From assembly GCA_008632985.1 (NCBI GenBank), contig QPGO01000012.1, positions 186,001 through 250,000 on the forward strand: DNA of 64,000 nt, in the 5' to 3' direction. The notes under the pieces are model-generated. The model did not search any database. It was not told where the DNA came from and saw nothing but the letters and a program-made list of their open reading frames with translations. The DNA comes from Psammoneis japonica (lineage: Eukaryota). Positions 61,133 through 64,000 of this stretch are shown one piece after another. Every line of letters starts with the position of its first letter. The stretch's first letter is position 1. A program made the position numbers and the translations under genes.

Positions 61133-63053
61133 TCCGGCAACTCATCATTCATGTCACCGCATCCTCACAAAGACTCCACTTCATGAAATTTGCTCCCATC
61201 CACATGTCCAGAGCATTCTGGACTCAAACAACATGGGCATGAAACGTCATTCTGGAACGAGTCGGACATTGACACGGCTGCTCCGGCATGTCACATTGCT
61301 GCCGCCACTGAACATGCTCCGGTTGACAAAGCTGCCAAGTTGTTCATCAGTGACCTCGGAAGCTTCCAGACTGGGGTGCCACAGTTTTGCCTGGCAGCTG
61401 CTTCAATCCGTGCCGATGACGACGGACTTGCCACCCCACTTCGCACAGTGACTTTCACCATTGAAGCATTGCAAGGAGAATGTCGCACTGCCGGCAAGGT
61501 CTTGCTTTGCGCTTCAAACAAACTTCTGACTCATGTTGTGATGGCAAAAACTTGTTGCACCTCTCCTCTTGCCTTCTGCAACGCGGTCAAAATGCAAGCT
61601 TGACGCAATGAAGATGCCTTTGTTGCGCTGCTGTTGAACACTGCCCCGGACATGATGTTTTGTTTCAAGAACCACCTCAAGGCATTGACTGGTGTGAAGG
61701 ACATGTTCAAATCAGCGATTGTTGATGGACGTTGCAACATTCTCGTGGACCGTCGGAACTTCAAAACCATCTGAGCAGAGATTTCAACGTGCGTCATGAA
61801 TTTGATTCCATCTGTTTCAAAAGAATCCCACCCATCTCCCACATTTTCGGAACCCCCTCAAGTGTCTGGAGTCCTTGAAGAATTGTCAGACACTAGCAAA
61901 TCCATCGTGTTGGCTGGCATTCACAGTCTTGAATCTCTTGCATTTTCGGATGTCTCTCCATTGACTGATCATCAAGCTTCCGGTCTGACTCAACCTTCTC
62001 TGAATCAACCTGCTGGCTGAGGATGCGCTGGAAGAGGTCTCCCTGGATGAGGAACCACTCAAGGCTCGGCGGCACCTCCTCACATTTTCACTCACTGCTC
62101 CCAGTTTTTGCCACCCACCTTTGGATTTCCAGGATGTTGAAGCTTGACGTCTTCCCCGCATTCTCGCGCACAAGCCACACAGACAACCACTGGCTCATCA
62201 ATTGCATCAGTGCAATTGGCTGAAGTCCAACAGACCATGAATCAAGTGCAAGAGAAACATGACAAAGCCCTTGCTGAGATGCGTGAACAACATTCTCGGG
62301 ACATTGAGGCACTGAACACTGCCTTCACTGCTCAGCACATGAATGATGTGATGGCCATGCAGGACCGCTGCTCCCAACAACTGTCTGGCATGCAGTCACA
62401 GATGAATCAGATTGTCCAATTGTTGCAGGCAAGCCAACCCACACAGAGCATCATGCGGAAATGTCCTGACAACAATGAGACGCCAGAAAGGTCTGTTGAC
62501 CATTGAGACAAAGAGAAGGATTTGTCGCACTTCTCAGTGTCGCAAGTTCTCATTTCAAGCTGCCTCAGAACCTCTGCATTGTTGTGAGCCCCAGTCTTCT
62601 CCTTGGAGGAGCGCGGCCCAACCATGAACAGCAAGTCTTCCTCAGCTGCACCTTCGACTGCATGGCAACACACACATTAGATGGCAGACACCACACTCCT
62701 TCAGCAGATCGTGGAATTGACTTCTCCTGTCTCAAGACAAATGGGCCGATTGGGCACGAATTGAGGTCCAAGCTGCCACACCACACTGGACTCTGCGCCT
62801 TCAATGCCAATGGATGCAAGTTTGACAAGCGCGGCGGGGATCTTGATGTTTGCTGTCAGATTGCTGATGAAATCCAAGCGGACGTGGACAGAGTTTTGGA
62901 AATGTGTTTGGATGCCACCCAGTTTGATGTGCTCTCAGTGTGCAGGTCTACGATTTCAAAGTCCCTCCTCCACAGGAGAGGCACCTTTTCTTGCAGTTCC
63001 ACACCCTTTTCTACCCAATGCAAACCGGGCGGCACTGCAATCACATCGTGCAA

Positions 63054-63443
63054 GACGCGTTCCAGGTCTAGGTGGGACCTCGCACTGCTGAACTGTGACA
63101 TCGACAGTTTTTTGAATCACGTCGTATGTCGCGCACGTAGATTTCTACGTGATTCTTTTGATATTTTGTGTCATTTTACGGTACACTTGTTGAGCGATCC
63201 GTCCAACAACTTTTGACATTTTTTGTTACAGCGCGATTCTATAATGTCTTAAGAATCGCGTAGGGCAGGTGCATTTGCAAAAACGTCGAGTGGTAAGAGG
63301 CATAATTGTACCACAAACTTGGCCGTTTATTTGATGTTGAAGATAAATATATCCATTAATTAAATTCTCGTACTACGGAGCTCGCACGTAGAATTCTACG
63401 GGCCCAATGTCACACGGAGTCCCACCTAGGGCTGGAACGCGTC
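63054..63443 (+). mobile_element. MITE family A, copy 3 (390 bp, least eroded complete copy), TSD GCAA
   Basis: gcaa|gacgcgttccaggtctaggtgggac ... gtcccacctagggctggaacgcgtc|gcaa; 25-bp TIR with 2 mismatches. Confidence 0.95.
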
Positions 63444-63629
63444 GCAATTCCATCTCGGCCCGACTCCGTTCCCAGGAGTTTGATCCATCAGGTTGGTGGT
63501 CCATTCAAGTGTTTGACGGTCGCAATGGGTGTCAAGTTGTGTGTGTCTCATGCTGCAGAGTCTGCACTAAGAACCAATGACAACCAGGGAAGACTGCAGC
63601 CTGCGCTCAACAATTGCATTTGCTGCATC

Positions 63630-64000
63630 GACGCGTTCCAGACGTAGGTGGGAATCCGTGTGACATTGGGCCCGTAGAATTCTACGTGAGAGCTCCGTAG
63701 TAAAATTATACGGTAATTATAATGTCAATGTTCGCCAACAGAAAATGAGGCAATTTTGCGAACGCACAAACTCGCACATGATTGAAGTACATCGATTTTT
63801 ACTTAGCCAGTTACATTCTTCAGACATTGAAGAATGTAACTGGCGCATTATTGTTTCTATAAATGCGTCATGTAAAACGTCTGGGGCTTCGCAAAACAGC
63901 AAGTCTGGACAATTTTTTTTAAATATCACACGTAGAAATGTACGTGCGAAACATACGACGGATGATGAAAATTATTTGTGTCACACGTCAGCACTACGAG
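63630..64000 (-). mobile_element. MITE family A relative, copy 4, inverted and truncated by the window end
   Basis: Begins gacgcgttccagacgtaggtgggaatccgtgtgacattgggcccgtagaattctacg, close to the reverse complement of the copy-3 right end. The window end matches the reverse complement of the left subterminal region; the middle is diverged. Confidence 0.88.

Larger units (their letters stand above)
59970..63629 (+). mobile_element. 5' part of a degenerate diatom LINE (ORF1 plus APE endonuclease start of ORF2, Ambal-like) interrupted by MITEs; forms hypermutated domain 4
   Basis: ORF2 remnants AFNANG..IQADV..E..LD..KPGGT..ISAR..DPSGWWS..SCCRVC..AACAQQ. Removing each MITE plus one TSD restores the reading frame. 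Confidence 0.75.

Overview
Eukaryotic genomic DNA from a photosynthetic heterokont, most likely a diatom. The evidence is a fucoxanthin-chlorophyll LHC gene with an ASAFAP plastid-targeting motif, short GT-AG introns of ~80-100 nt and diatom-type transposons; the species is not identifiable from sequence alone. Gene islands (about 0.4-11.9, 18.9-21.5, 43.9-46.8 and 51.8-59.5 kb) alternate with four sharply bounded domains of transposon and gene relics (about 12.2-18.5, 25.4-43.8, 48.7-51.7 and 60.0-63.6 kb). In these domains TpA is almost absent and TpG/CpA is very abundant; CpG is also lost in the domain cores. Internal copy pairs (four copies of one MITE family, a duplicated DTW gene, a duplicated domain) show TpA->TpG/CpA transitions at aligned sites, in addition to ordinary CpG decay. 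This points to a domain-targeted, context-specific hypermutation process running opposite to fungal RIP, and it is the main candidate for an undescribed system. All composition statements are by-eye readings, not computed counts. Two N gaps lie at 29304-29739 and 37425-37580.
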